Shown piece after piece: positions 1 through 12,100 of a stretch of DNA of 64,000 nt. The stretch is taken from assembly GCA_040437565.1 (NCBI GenBank), contig JBDOQK010000001.1:868001-932000 (forward strand), in the 5' to 3' direction. The DNA is from Albugo candida. Lineage: Eukaryota. The stretch's first letter is position 1, and each line of letters starts with the position of its first letter. Both the position numbers and the translations under genes were made by a program. The notes beneath the pieces were generated by a model. It made no database searches. It was not told where the DNA came from and saw only the letters and a list, made by a program, of their open reading frames with translations.

Positions 1-341
1 CAGCTGGCTTACTGTTGCATCGTACCCGAGTACCCTCCTAGCACGTGCACATATGGTGCATTCTATGTCATTTGCGTTGGAAAAAATCGGCTGCTTTCTG
101 TCGTCAGGCATGATTCTTTAAGCAAAAACTGTGTCTCCGGAGGATGTAAATAGCATAAATGCTCTCCATGAACACGCCTATAATAGTAGCACCTCGACTT
201 TCTCATCTGTCGTAACAGAATCAGAAGTCTTATTACGCCTTTGAATAAATAGATTCACGCAGTCAGTTATACGTGTATTTATATATTTCTTCGATTTTTG
301 GACGAATCTAGGTTGATAAAGGCTCGGGCGAGCACGGCACA

Positions 342-1608
342 ATGGAAGGGTATTTGATTCGATTACCCTCTCAGCTGAATGTGAATAAGTTCTGGAGATA
401 CGCGTCGCTTGATGTTGACGATATTATGAAATTTACAGGTGAATCCAAGAAGGATTTTTCAAAACCGCAGCTTCTTTATTACGTACTCGAGGAAGGGTAC
501 TTACAAGCTTATACATCCCATCAAACAGCTCATCGTCGTGACAAAGAGTATCTTGTCGAAAATATCGTATTAACGGCTCACGATATCGAAGTCGAGAGAA
601 TGGAGGATTGGAATGTTATTTATTTGCNNNNNNNNNNNNNNNNNNNNNNNNNNNNNNNNNNNNNNNNNNNNNNNNNNNNNNNNNNNNNNNNNNNNNNNNN
701 NNNNNNNNNNNNNNNNNNNNNNNNNNNTACCCTCTCAGCTGAATGTGAATAAGTTCTGGAGATACGCGTCGCTTGATGTTGACGATATTATGAAATTTAC
801 AGGTGAATCCAAGAAGGATTTTTCAAAACCGCAGCTTCTTTATTACGTACTCGAGGAAGGGTACTTACAAGCTTATACATCCCATCAAACAGCTCATCGT
901 CGTGACAAAGAGTATCTTGTCGAAAATATCGTATTAACGGCTCACGATATCGAAGTCGAGAGAATGGAGGATTGGAATGTTATTTATTTGCGTACTTTAG
1001 CTACAACGTCGGGACTTGACACTAAAACCAACAAGACTGAAACAAAACCTGCTGTGATCGATGATGAAGAGATGGTGAGATGCTCAGGGCGGCTACAGCG
1101 TAACACACAGTGTAGCGTAGAAGACGATGCAAGCGATGTCGACGAAAATGATCATGGAAGTGATCCCATGTACTGCTTCTGTTTCCATTTGCCGTTTTCT
1201 CGAAAATCGTTGAATTCCTATCGTGTAAGTATACCTACTTCTCAGCCAGATGATTCGAAGCAGCTCTGGCTATACGCTGCCCAGCAGGATCTCATGAATA
1301 AGTGGGTTTTAAGAATACTCAATTGGAATCGTTACGTGTTCGATTTCCTGACAGTCGATCGTAAGGAAAGCACAAGCTTGGATGGATATCATGACGCTCA
1401 GATCCATTTACTGCATTCTCTTGTACAACAGGCGACCAAATATAACACTCGCCGCAAGTATAACCGGAGGTGGCCACGGAAAAGTGGGTTCATGGCAAGC
1501 GCAACCAGTTTTCTATCCTGTCGTGAACACCCTACAACAACGTTTTGCAATGTGACAGGGTCTACGGATTCCGAGTCAAATTTGAACGAGGATTCCAGCT
1601 CGTTATAA
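342..1608 (+). CDS. PH-like domain protein; 5' end uncertain; contains a gap-duplicated segment; degenerate PX-like sequence follows
   Basis: ORFs 342-752 and 613-1608 merge once the duplicated 364-627 / 728-991 segment is collapsed. The start MEGYLIR...KFWRY and the end 'LWLYAAQQDLMNKWVLRI' fit the PH-domain beta1 strand and C-terminal helix with its conserved Trp. Confidence 0.55.
628..727. other. 100-N scaffold gap; 364-627 duplicated at 728-991
   Basis: Direct sequence identity across the gap. Confidence 0.95.
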
Positions 1609-2134
1609 TTTCTCCGACAGACCCAATTTACAGTCATAAATACTCGGATGTGTACTTCCTGCATGCAATCTTAGAAAAGTATGTATTCCAACAGATTACA
1701 AAAATGCCAAGGCACTCGGCTCCTGTATCAGCTTCTTCATTATGATATGATGAGAGAAAGCGCGGTGAGGACATGTCAAAATCGAACACGCGGTGCTCTT
1801 CAAGAATACTTGATTTTTTGGTAAATTTGGCTGAGCGTTCTCTACTATGGAAACGACAAGAAATTAGCCTTTATTTATGCTCTACTAGTAGCACATTTCA
1901 GCCTAAAAATCAGCGATAGCAATTTAGCGATTTTCGTTCACGATGTTTTGCCGGAATGTACCAAGCTGAAATTGCACCGTTGGTCAAGATATTGCAGAGC
2001 GTGTTTTGTCGCAGAGAAGTATCACCGTCCCCTCATTCTTTCTCAAATTTAATGTTTGTCTCAAATGACTGCTTCCCACCAAGATCTTCGCGACAGTTGA
2101 TACGTCTATAAGAAAATGTAATGAATGACTTGTG

Positions 2135-2234
2135 NNNNNNNNNNNNNNNNNNNNNNNNNNNNNNNNNNNNNNNNNNNNNNNNNNNNNNNNNNNNNNNNNN
2201 NNNNNNNNNNNNNNNNNNNNNNNNNNNNNNNNNN
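2135..2234. other. 100-N gap; 1986-2134 duplicated at 2235-2383
   Basis: Direct identity. Confidence 0.95.
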
Positions 2235-2429
2235 AAGATATTGCAGAGCGTGTTTTGTCGCAGAGAAGTATCACCGTCCCCTCATTCTTTCTCAAATTTA
2301 ATGTTTGTCTCAAATGACTGCTTCCCACCAAGATCTTCGCGACAGTTGATACGTCTATAAGAAAATGTAATGAATGACTTGTGTCCAGTTATACTTTTGA
2401 GCGTTGAGGAACACAATCGAAATAACACG

Positions 2430-4118
2430 ATGGCCGCAACACGTAAAGCTCAAATTAACAACCTGCAAGAAAAGCTCGACAAGGGAGTCGAGTCCACAAA
2501 ATCGTATTTGGGTCACTTGAAAAAAAATGTATCCGATTACGACGCTCGTAATATGTTCACTGAAAAGGCTCAATCCGTCATTGAAAAGGGACTCGACGAG
2601 GCCGCAAAGTCGGTGGATCGTCTGAGAGATTCAGCAGAAGAGCTTCGAAAGCAGTCGGGAGATGCGTCAGATGAAACGATCAAGTCAGCACAAAAGTCAT
2701 TGGAGCATTTGAAACGCGCAATGGAGACTCTACGTGGAGGAGCGGAAGAGTATGATAAGAAAATAGGAGGTCAAAATCAACAAGCGATGGGTGAAGCCGC
2801 ACAGAACTCTTTAGCGAGTGTCGTCAACACGACAAGACAAGGTGCAATGGATGCTATCGATATGGCCAGCGAACAATTTTCACGCTTGTCCGAAATGCTG
2901 AAGAGCAGTACTGATTCTGTTCGCTACACCGCTGCGGTTGCTACTGGTGAGGCAGTGAAAGCTGCCGAAGTGGTAGATGACACGATTGGAGTTACTTCGA
3001 CAGCATCGGCTGTAGCAGGAAGAGTAACTGGTTTAGCACATCAAGTGGATGAGAAGCTGGGGGTAACAAGTAAGGCGTCGACAATTGATCAGAAGGTCAC
3101 AGGAGGAATGGCTTCCGGGTTGATCCAGAAGGGTGCTCAAATGGTGCAGGAAACGGTAGATTATGTGACTGAAACTCTTCAGCATGCGAAAATGGTAGCA
3201 GACTCTAGTGATACGGTGCAGATGGTGGAGGGTACAGTGAAAGACACCGCTGGGTCAGCCAAAGAAAAAGTACAAGGTACTATTGATTCAGCAAAAGATA
3301 CGGCTCAGCAAACGAAAGATAAAGCTGGCGAATTCGTTGCTCCTGCGGGTGAGATGGCCAGTTCTGCCAAAGACACCGTTCATGAAGCGGCTGGTAGTGC
3401 AAAAGATACGGCACAAAGCGCATCGAGTTCTGTCATGGAAAAGGGCAAAGATGCAGCAGGTATGGGTAAAGACATGGGCAACAATGCTAAAGACAAGGCT
3501 CAAAGTGCTGCTGGAGCAGCTAAAGACCAAGCTGAAGGCACTGCTCAGGCTGTAAAAGGCAAGGCGGAGGATATGGCTGGATCGGCTAAAGACAAGGCCC
3601 AAGATACTGCTGGTACTGCTAAGGGGCATACTCAGGGTACCGCCAGTGCTGCAAAAGACAAAGTGGAAGGTACAGCCGTAGCTGCGAAGGACAAGGCTCA
3701 AAGTACAGCTGGAGCTGCCAAAGAACAGGCCCTTGGTACTGCGAACTCTGCAAAGAGTAAAGTGCAAGAAACTGCTGGAGTCGCCAAAGAAAAAGCACAG
3801 GATGTTGCTGAGGCTGGCAAGAACGCTGCTCAGGGAACAGGGTCCGAAGAGGGTACAGGTATGGGAGAGAGCGTATCAAATTTAGTATCACAATTCGAAG
3901 AAAGAGTCAGTGAGGCGTCAATGAGTGCAAAAGAAGCTGTAATGGGCGCTGCGCCTGCAATGTCGGCAACTCAAAAGGTGGAGCAAAAAAATCAACTTGG
4001 CAAAGATGAAGGCGGAATGCTGGGCAAGGCAAGCGCTGCCGCGGAGAAGGTCAAAGACACCGCGGCTGATATGATGTCTACGCAAAAGAGTACGATGAAA
4101 CAAGCTACCAGGATGTAG
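2430..4118 (+). CDS. Group-3 LEA-like (late embryogenesis abundant) hydrophilic repeat protein
   Basis: Long intronless ORF rich in A/K/E/T/G and lacking W/C after Met2430. It has tandem 11-mer repeats such as TAGAAKDKAQS, TAQAVKGKAED and TAGVAKEKAQD. Confidence 0.8.
   Translation: MAATRKAQINNLQEKLDKGVESTKSYLGHLKKNVSDYDARNMFTEKAQSVIEKGLDEAAKSVDRLRDSAEELRKQSGDASDETIKSAQKSLEHLKRAMETLRGGAEEYDKKIGGQNQQAMGEAAQNSLASVVNTTRQGAMDAIDMASEQFSRLSEMLKSSTDSVRYTAAVATGEAVKAAEVVDDTIGVTSTASAVAGRVTGLAHQVDEKLGVTSKASTIDQKVTGGMASGLIQKGAQMVQETVDYVTETLQHAKMVADSSDTVQMVEGTVKDTAGSAKEKVQGTIDSAKDTAQQTKDKAGEFVAPAGEMASSAKDTVHEAAGSAKDTAQSASSSVMEKGKDAAGMGKDMGNNAKDKAQSAAGAAKDQAEGTAQAVKGKAEDMAGSAKDKAQDTAGTAKGHTQGTASAAKDKVEGTAVAAKDKAQSTAGAAKEQALGTANSAKSKVQETAGVAKEKAQDVAEAGKNAAQGTGSEEGTGMGESVSNLVSQFEERVSEASMSAKEAVMGAAPAMSATQKVEQKNQLGKDEGGMLGKASAAAEKVKDTAADMMSTQKSTMKQATRM
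3235..3835 (+). repeat. Degenerate 33-nt (11-aa) tandem coding repeat within the LEA-like gene
   Basis: Recurrent gctaaagacaaggc / gccaaagaa units with ~33-nt periodicity. Confidence 0.75.
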
Positions 4119-4315
4119 TGTTGATAGTTTTTTGCATTGTCTAAATGGACGTGTTAAGTTGTTTTTCTTTGAAGTAAAAGTTTAACATTTTGTGCACAAT
4201 TATTATCTCACACAAATTTTCTCATTGAAAGGATGGAACTGCGTTGTTAGTAATACTGTAACAAATTATATACTGCTCAAATCTTCAAACTTTAAACCAA
4301 GTAAGCAGGGAGAGA

Positions 4316-5015
4316 ATGGCGTCAATTGCCGCTTCGCCAGGTGCGTTCAATAAAGCTCTACTGAAGTATCGATTCTAAAATGTACATTTTAGTCTACTTA
4401 GAAGGACTGAAGAAACGTTGCTTCCCATCCGTCTCTGAAAGCTATGAAATGTCGTGCAAGAAACGATGTCGATCGATCGACTTTCGATCTGAAGCCGACG
4501 ACGATGGAAAAGGATGCGTAAAGTACACGCAGAGACAAGTCGATTATCTAGAACAAGTCAAACAGGCAGAGATATCCCGCTTACGGTCTTGTTGTACAAA
4601 TGTTAGGGTTTACATGCTGATATTTTGCATGAATTAGAACGGAATGTGAACAATTCATACTGAGAAAGGAAGCTGAATTACAGAAATTAAAACCAGAGGT
4701 ACTTCGTCCATGTCCAACCAACAGTTCATGTACTGATTTCTTGCGAAGATATCCAAATGGCGAGAGCATGCGCTGCAAATCGAAAAACGCTCGGAGCGAT
4801 ACCAACAAGAAAACAAGTTATTGAAGCGCGCAATCACGATACAGGCTCAGCAAAAAGAAGACTCTCAACGTGAGAATCAAGTGCTAAAGCAGTTGACAGC
4901 ACAAGCAGCAGAACATATCAAGCGACTAGAGCAATCGAATTATGCTCTACGTATCCATTTGGAAAAAAGTACTAGCGTCCAAATAACTCATAGGCGATTT
5001 CCTGATGTCTTTTGA
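4316..5015 (+). CDS. Coiled-coil protein resembling the C-terminus of the plant CUE-domain (ubiquitin system component Cue) family; about 3 introns
   Basis: Spliced product MASIAASP|EGLKKRC...|TECEQF...|ISKWRE...ENKLLKRAITIQ...LEQSNYALRIHL...RFPDVF*. The motifs 'EN..LKRA..IQ', 'LE..NYAL..HL' and terminal 'PDVF' match that family from memory. The exons join at GT-AG boundaries. Confidence 0.65.
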
Positions 5016-5069
5016 TTCGTGGCTGGCATTTCTTACGATTAATTGTATTCTTCCCGCTTTGCATTTCGA

Positions 5070-5539
5070 TTAAACTTGCGTGGTTGGTCTCTTCTCATTT
5101 TGTATTTCTTTGTTCTTTCCTTCGTCTGGACGAGGAATCGGTTTGATCTCGAAATCATTCATTGTCAGCTTCTTCGTTATTTTCTGAAACTAATTGCGTG
5201 AGCCAAACTAATTATATCTGTCGGTAGACTTACGCGGTATTCTTCTTCAAGGTCGAAAGCTCGAGTAGACTGACTCTTGATGTGTATATCTCTGGCTTCA
5301 AATTTCCCGCTTGCAAACTATCGGCAAAACTAGAATGAGATGGAGGACAGGAAGTAGCGATGATAGCTATTTGAGCTTTCCTGTGTCAAGCTTATATAAC
5401 CTCCCACGATAAATAGCAATAGTGGGAGTCCAACTTTTAAGAATGGGTTTTTTGATTTTTTGCGACGGAATCCGGAATAATGTGCGGTGCAAAAGCGCGC
5501 ATGACACGTGCTGATCGTTTTCCATGAGAATTGCCGCAT
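5070..5539 (-). CDS. COX16: Cytochrome c oxidase assembly protein COX16 (3 exons)
   Basis: The product reads KNPFLKVGLPLLLFIVGGYISLTQ|FASGKFEARD...FDLEEEYR|KITKKLTMNDFEIKPIPRP, which matches the COX16 pattern (PFL..GLP.....V.GS..L..F ... LEEEY ... PRP). Introns at 5318-5380 and 5184-5233. Confidence 0.85.
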
Positions 5540-5569
5540 TGTGACCTATTATGCGCACCTTAGGAGCTG

Positions 5570-5660
5570 ACCAATCATCATGCATCAGCGATGAAAACGA
5601 AGCCAATCAAGCCATAATAGCTCTTAATTCAGCCAATCGGCAAGATGATGCAGCCAACCA
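5570..5660. promoter_or_regulatory. CCAAT-box cluster in the divergent COX16/UTP10 intergenic region
   Basis: RRCCAATC at 5571, 5603 and 5633, plus GCCAAC near 5653. Confidence 0.5.
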
Positions 5661-6100
5661 ACATGCGGATCAGCTCCAGGCAGTACATTATTCTATTCAC
5701 CAGCGCATTGGGATCGTTGTTTGCGGGTTCTAGTTTTATGCATTTCTTTCTAAAACCTGACCTGGTATTCAAGACTTGTCGCTATTGTCATAATCATAAC
5801 TAATTTCTGTTTGTTTGCGACAGACAATCCCAAATCTTTCCAAAGAAAAACATGCTGATGAAAAACAGACTATAAGCTGATTATAATGTCAATAGAGGCG
5901 GCACAATTGTTTGCTTGTTTGTCCATTTCTCTCAATTTGATTACAAACCTAAGGTTAAGTTCGCACCGAAAAAACATGTATTTCTTTACTTCTTATCAAT
6001 CAACTGGTGGATGCGAGCGCAGCATACGAAGCGCTGCAGGCTTGAAAATCAACAAACCTTCAAATTAATCTCAAATTGACACATTCAAATTAAAAATCTC

Positions 6101-9100
6101 ATGACTTCTTCGCTCGCTCTTCAGCTGCAGAGCTTACGTGAAAAGGGTGCCGGCAGTAAACGGCGCATTGTTTCGTTTTTGTACGAGCACCGAGAAGCAG
6201 CTCAGCTGGATGATGAAATGATCTACAACATGGCATGTAATGGCCTAATTGAGCTACAAAAACTCGACGCTCGATTCGATACTTTCTTGGAAGACCCTTC
6301 GAAAACTCAGAAGAACACAAAATATAACGTCGCAGAATTATTTTCTAGACAAAGAGTCCACTTTCGTCGAGCACACCTTACTCGCGTGGAAGATAGTCAG
6401 TTAAGCGCGCAGCTTCGATTCGTCATTGACGCATTGAGCGGTTACTTTTTACTCAATGCGACACACAAAGTCCTCGAGTTCTTGATTCGACGATATGAGA
6501 TACATCGCTATAATGTAGATGACGTCATGACGATGATAATCTGCTACCACGAGTCTCCTTTTTTCGCTCGTATGTTTCGATTATTACACATTCGAGATAC
6601 GAGATGGGAATTCCTTCTTTCGGTGAAAACTCAGAAGCATTCATCTAATGGTGATCACGAAATTATGGTAGTGCGCGATGTTTTGGTCCAACGAGCTTTG
6701 GATGACACCTCTTTTATTGAGTTCATCTTTGATGCCATCTATCCCTGCGCGAAAGATTCTGTGAAGCATGACGATAACAACCTGAACTCTTATTTCGGCA
6801 CGTCACTTCCTAGCAATCACTCGAAATTGATCAGCTTGTACACTGCTATGGTGCTAGGAGTTGTTCAACGATCGCAAATAATTAGCGAAACACTCCTTCG
6901 AAAAATTCTACCGCAACTTTTACGAACATGCGCTGCAGTACAATGCCCGGATCTACAAATTTCAGGATACATGATCTTGACAAAACTGTCTTCTCGAGCG
7001 ACTTTCGCAGCTTCGACATTATCGGCTTTGGTTAAACAAATTGTGAAGCATATTCCAAGAACCGCCTCGAATCACCATACTGTTCTATTCAGTGGATCTG
7101 GTTCGAGTTCATATCATGCAATACTATGCTTGACGCATCTATCTCAAACTCAGCCATTACTAGTACTAGACAGAAGGGTAGCAAAGTATTTTGCTCAGAT
7201 ACCTGATCTTGGTTCGATTCTGCGTAGTGCTGCCGATAATTACGACATTTCAAACCTGGCTCGGAGCATACTGTATGAGTTTTTAACTAATGTCACTGGT
7301 TGCTCGATCGAGGAGAAGGGTGGAAAACGAGACTTATATTTTGATAGCGCACAGTGTTTGATCGAAGTGCTGCCAAAATCGACCATGTCACCGATTATAG
7401 ACGATTTGGTTCAGAAGCTTTTCAGTGAAGCCGAACTAGCCAATTATGATTTGTCTGATGGCAAAGTTGCATCGATATCGCGACTCTGTCAAGTTTTGAG
7501 CCGGAAGTATATGGAAGAGGCTGAAAAGGGCGTACAAATCTTGCTTCACAATAACGTCAAACTTGAGGAATCTCAGACGTCACATTCGAAAGGAAATAGT
7601 AGATTGTACGGTCAACGGGATAAGTTCCTGTCAGCGACATTCACTAAAGTTCCCAACTCAGCTCGATTCCTCCCTTTTTCAATCGATACTCATGAAACAG
7701 CAGAAGTACAAATCACTTCATTAGCACTTGCATTGGATCATCCGTCTGGAAATACTCGTCTGCAAGCGATCAAAACTCTGGAGAGCGCAGTTGTCGAAAA
7801 GGATCAAGTAGAGTTCTCAGCTATTCTCGACAATGGAGACATTCTCTTGCGTCGGTTGCAGGACGATTCTCTGGATATTGTACACTCACTAATATCTTCA
7901 AAGATTCTTTCAGGCCTTCTACTTCGTACATGCGCACCAAAATCTGTTTGTCAAGCACTTTCACCAACACTCAAGCGCTTTTTGAGCTCTGAGTTCGCAA
8001 TGAAGTCTTGTCAACATCATCATGAGGAACGTTCAACTAACAAGAACCCTGTTGATTACCTGAACGTGGCAAATGCATTATTGGGATTTCTTGTTCAAGA
8101 ATTTGCACCTCACACTGGACACCGTTTTGATGATCACATTCTCCAATATTTGCTTTGCTTAATTGCGAACACTCACTACAAGAACCTTTGCTTAATGGCC
8201 GATGGTGAAAGCCAAAACTTTCGTGACAATTCATCGCAAAGCTTTGTGAACAAAATAATAGACTTTACAAGCCAACTTGAGCACCCATTCAGCTCTGCAC
8301 TGAAAGTATGGCTAAATGAAGGCGGTTCTCGTTCGCAGAACTGGAGTCAATTCATTCAAGTATTGAGTAAAGCTTTAGCCGAAAACGTAGATCAACTTCT
8401 ACCTTGCTGTCTTTCCTGGGCACACTCAGAAGCCAGTCAAGACGATTTAGGACTTGGTTCTCATGAGGCATTGTCTCCAATGCTTCTCATTGAAACATTG
8501 GAATGTTCACGCCGTCAAGACATATTAAGTGGAGCTGACAAGGTGGTACTAGATCGAGCATTCCAAGACGTGCTTTACAAGGAATATATTCATATTTGCA
8601 CCACAAAACAAGATAAGAAAGACAATGGATCTCTGTTGTCGATTGTGAAGTTTATCTGCAATTTCGCGATCGATCATTCCGGTGTGTATTCAAAAATGGC
8701 TAAGAATCGTTTCGAAAGCTGCTTGATGATTTTATTATCGGCCCCAGCGACTATCTTTTCCGTGATAGAAACCCAACTTTACAGCTTTCTCAAGCAGTAC
8801 AAGGCATCAGAAGCAGCTCCAATATCTTCCATACCACGCATCAGCTTCAAGTCAAGCATTCTTATGTCTTCAATTCGTGAAATAGGTATCGAGCTAGACG
8901 AAGAAGATGAGCGTATTCTTGTATCCGTTGTTACGAAGCGCTGTATCGATATCGTTCGAAATGCTTTTGAACACGCAGATACTGTGAAGAGTTTCTCGTT
9001 ATTGGAGAGCACAAATGCGCTACCGGTTGCATTGGTCGCGCTAGTGGACGAACAAGGTGGCGTTCGGCAATCCGCAATTTCTTGCCTGGAGCAGTGGATG

Positions 9101-12100
9101 GATTATTGCAACAATCAATCTTCTAAAAAACGAAGTGGAGGTGATAAAGCTGCCACCATTGAAACTTATCAAAGTGCCATTACGTATTTGCTGGATGCCA
9201 AACAAGATATTTTGTATGACTCGACCTCAGCTAGGCGATTAATTTGGTCATTTTACACAGCCGACAAGATCACAGCACGTAGATTTTACGCTCTACTTGT
9301 GCAGTTTGTGTGTTCTAATCCTCCCGAGGATTTCAAGGCTAGTGTCAAGATGCTTGAATTATTGAAGGAAGTCGAGGTGGAAACTCTATGGTCAGAGACG
9401 AGTGATTTTTTTCAGCAAACTCTCGCAGGCTTATTACATGTCACCAATCAAAATTCGACAGATGTAGTGGCAGTTTTAGCAGAACTACTGACTCATTACA
9501 TGAGAGTGCCAAAGAAGCGACAACTTACCAAACATTCGAGCAATGCAGTCTTAGCTGTTCTGAAAGCCGACAGCAAACATCGACCATTTGCAGAACTGCA
9601 AGCCGCAGCTCTCAACTTGCTTGTACCAACTCTATTCCAGATGCTTTCGAGCAGTACTCAACTTTCCCTCGTTAAAGCGCTTTTGGAATTGCTGTATCAA
9701 TCAGAACTTGGGTCGTTGACGATCAAAGCTTTAGGAGTTCTACAGCAATGGCCTCTGAGCTCGTCGATTTACAGGGATTTACTTCGGGAATTCTCCACTG
9801 CTGGTGGTGGCCATCTTGCTCACACTGAGTGCCTGCTTGAGATTTTGTCACATCAGCTTATAAATCGCCCAGAAGACAGTAATATGGAGATGAGTAGAAG
9901 CATGTTTGCGATTCTCAGAGATTTGTTTGCCTCAATTCTTTCATCCGCAGACATGCACACCAACGTCTCACAATATCTATTTCAGATCCTTTTCGTTTGT
10001 CTACGGCATTTGTGCGAGAAAAGCGGGTCAATATCAGCAGTGGAGCCTGTGAACAAAATTGTGGAGAAGAAGACATTGAAAAGAAAACCAGGTAAAAAAT
10101 CAAAATCTCTCATACTGGATGTAAATCGAGAAGCACAAGATCTCGTTGGGTTCACGCTGCAATGTCTCAGAAGAGAAGGCATCTCGGTTCAAACTCGAAA
10201 TGATGCACTTCTCTTCGTCGGCGCCCTGGTGAGCGTAGATCCGGGTAGCGTCCTTAGATCTTTACCGAGCATACTGCATCCAGAAACAGATGTCAAAGGC
10301 AACAAGTCGAATCAAAATACTGATGACTACTCCTTCCACGTGCTAGAAACCATTATCACTTATGTCACTCCTCATGTGGTGATGAATGCTGCTGATGTGG
10401 TGCCCAGAAATGGAAGCAGGGCGATCACAATTGCGGACTATATTCGTTTATTTGTGGATAATTATGAGGATCTCCAGGTATTTCGACGAAGGCAATTATT
10501 CAAGACGTTGACGGGGTGTCTTGGAAAGGACTGTATTTCTGAAGTTGTGGTTATCCTGATTGAGCACGCTGTCCACGCGGACGCTGCGATGAACTTTGCG
10601 GACCTCTTACATGATGCTCATGCGGTCCTAAGTGATTGGGATGTGGAAAATCAAATTGAGTCCTTACGAGCAATTCTTGGATTTTGCAACCAATTGCTAC
10701 CGCAGCTCGCAGAATGCAGCGATGAGAATGGAAGGGATCAAGACTCGAAAGAAAACGATATGGAAGATGGTGAGTCAAAGCCAGCGAAACTCATGACTTT
10801 TTTGCCAGCTAGTCCTAACCAAACTCGCGTCTTGGAGCAGTCATTGATTGATTATGTGCTGGTGCATTTGTCAGATGAGAAACTCCAGACTTTAACAGAT
10901 CAAGCCGGGGCAACCTCTGAGGGAGATGAAGGGGATTTCGAGAGTGGTCATAGATTACAACGTCAGTACCTGCAGCTTGCTCAAGCGACATTGCTCTTTT
11001 ACAGACGCGTCACACGACAACGAATATGTACTCGAGATGCGACGATAGCAATTTTTTGGGTCAATTTGGGAAATCGTGTCATGGAAATTGTCTCCGCGTT
11101 ACAAAATTTATTATCCACACCAAGTTTTCTGGCGCTTGTTGGGGAACTACTACATCATGATAATAGTATGGTTCGCAAAAAGGCTATGCAGTTGTTCAAT
11201 GCACGTTTGGAAGAAAAGCGAAACGACCTGACTCCTATCGAAGAACTTTTGTACATGGAGATGATACCGGAGCTTGATGAGATTCTGCAGACGCAAGTAA
11301 ATGAAGAGTGCAGCGGTGAACACCATTCGATACCATTGAATGTGGAGGCGTGGACAACCATTCAAGTTGCTTTGCTCAGTTTGGATATATTGGCTCGAAA
11401 TTTTGCGTCAAATCCACAATATCAGAAAAACTTTAATTGCGTCTTGAAAAGTATCGTGAAATTTCTCGATGTCGATCTCGAAAGTCTGATCAACCAAGCG
11501 AAAAAGACCGGTCAACATGTTCAGGTCATTGGGTGTGCTTTTGTATGCCTTGCGTCGATTTGCGACGCAACAGGACCTCTAGTCATTCCATTTTTACCTA
11601 AATTTTTTCCTCAGCTTTTGCTTGGAATTGAGGTCAGCGAGCTCAAATTACGAGAAGGGAATTCGAACAGCGGCTTACAACTATTTCTCGAGTGCTTATT
11701 ACGAGCTTTGCAGACGTTCACTAGCAAAGTAGCAAAATTTGTGACCCCGTACTTGGCAAGAACGATCCAGTGTCTATTGCTTCCATCGTTACTCGCTACC
11801 GATTCCACTTGCTCAAACAGCACAAAAATTATACTGGACTCGGCATTCAGAAACGTTATCAACAATGTGGATTTTCGGCATGTGATTCCGGCTCTTACCG
11901 GCCCGGTTCTCCAGGCTACCATTGCCACGTCAAGTGATGCTTCGATGCTCAAGCTACTTTCAATGATGTCGACCATAGTGACAGAACTACCAACGTCTAA
12001 TGTACGGCAGCACTTGCCATTACTTGCACGATTTTATGTCACCGTCATGGATTTGCGACGACTACATGATTTGCATAGAATCGTGTTGCATGATCTGGAT

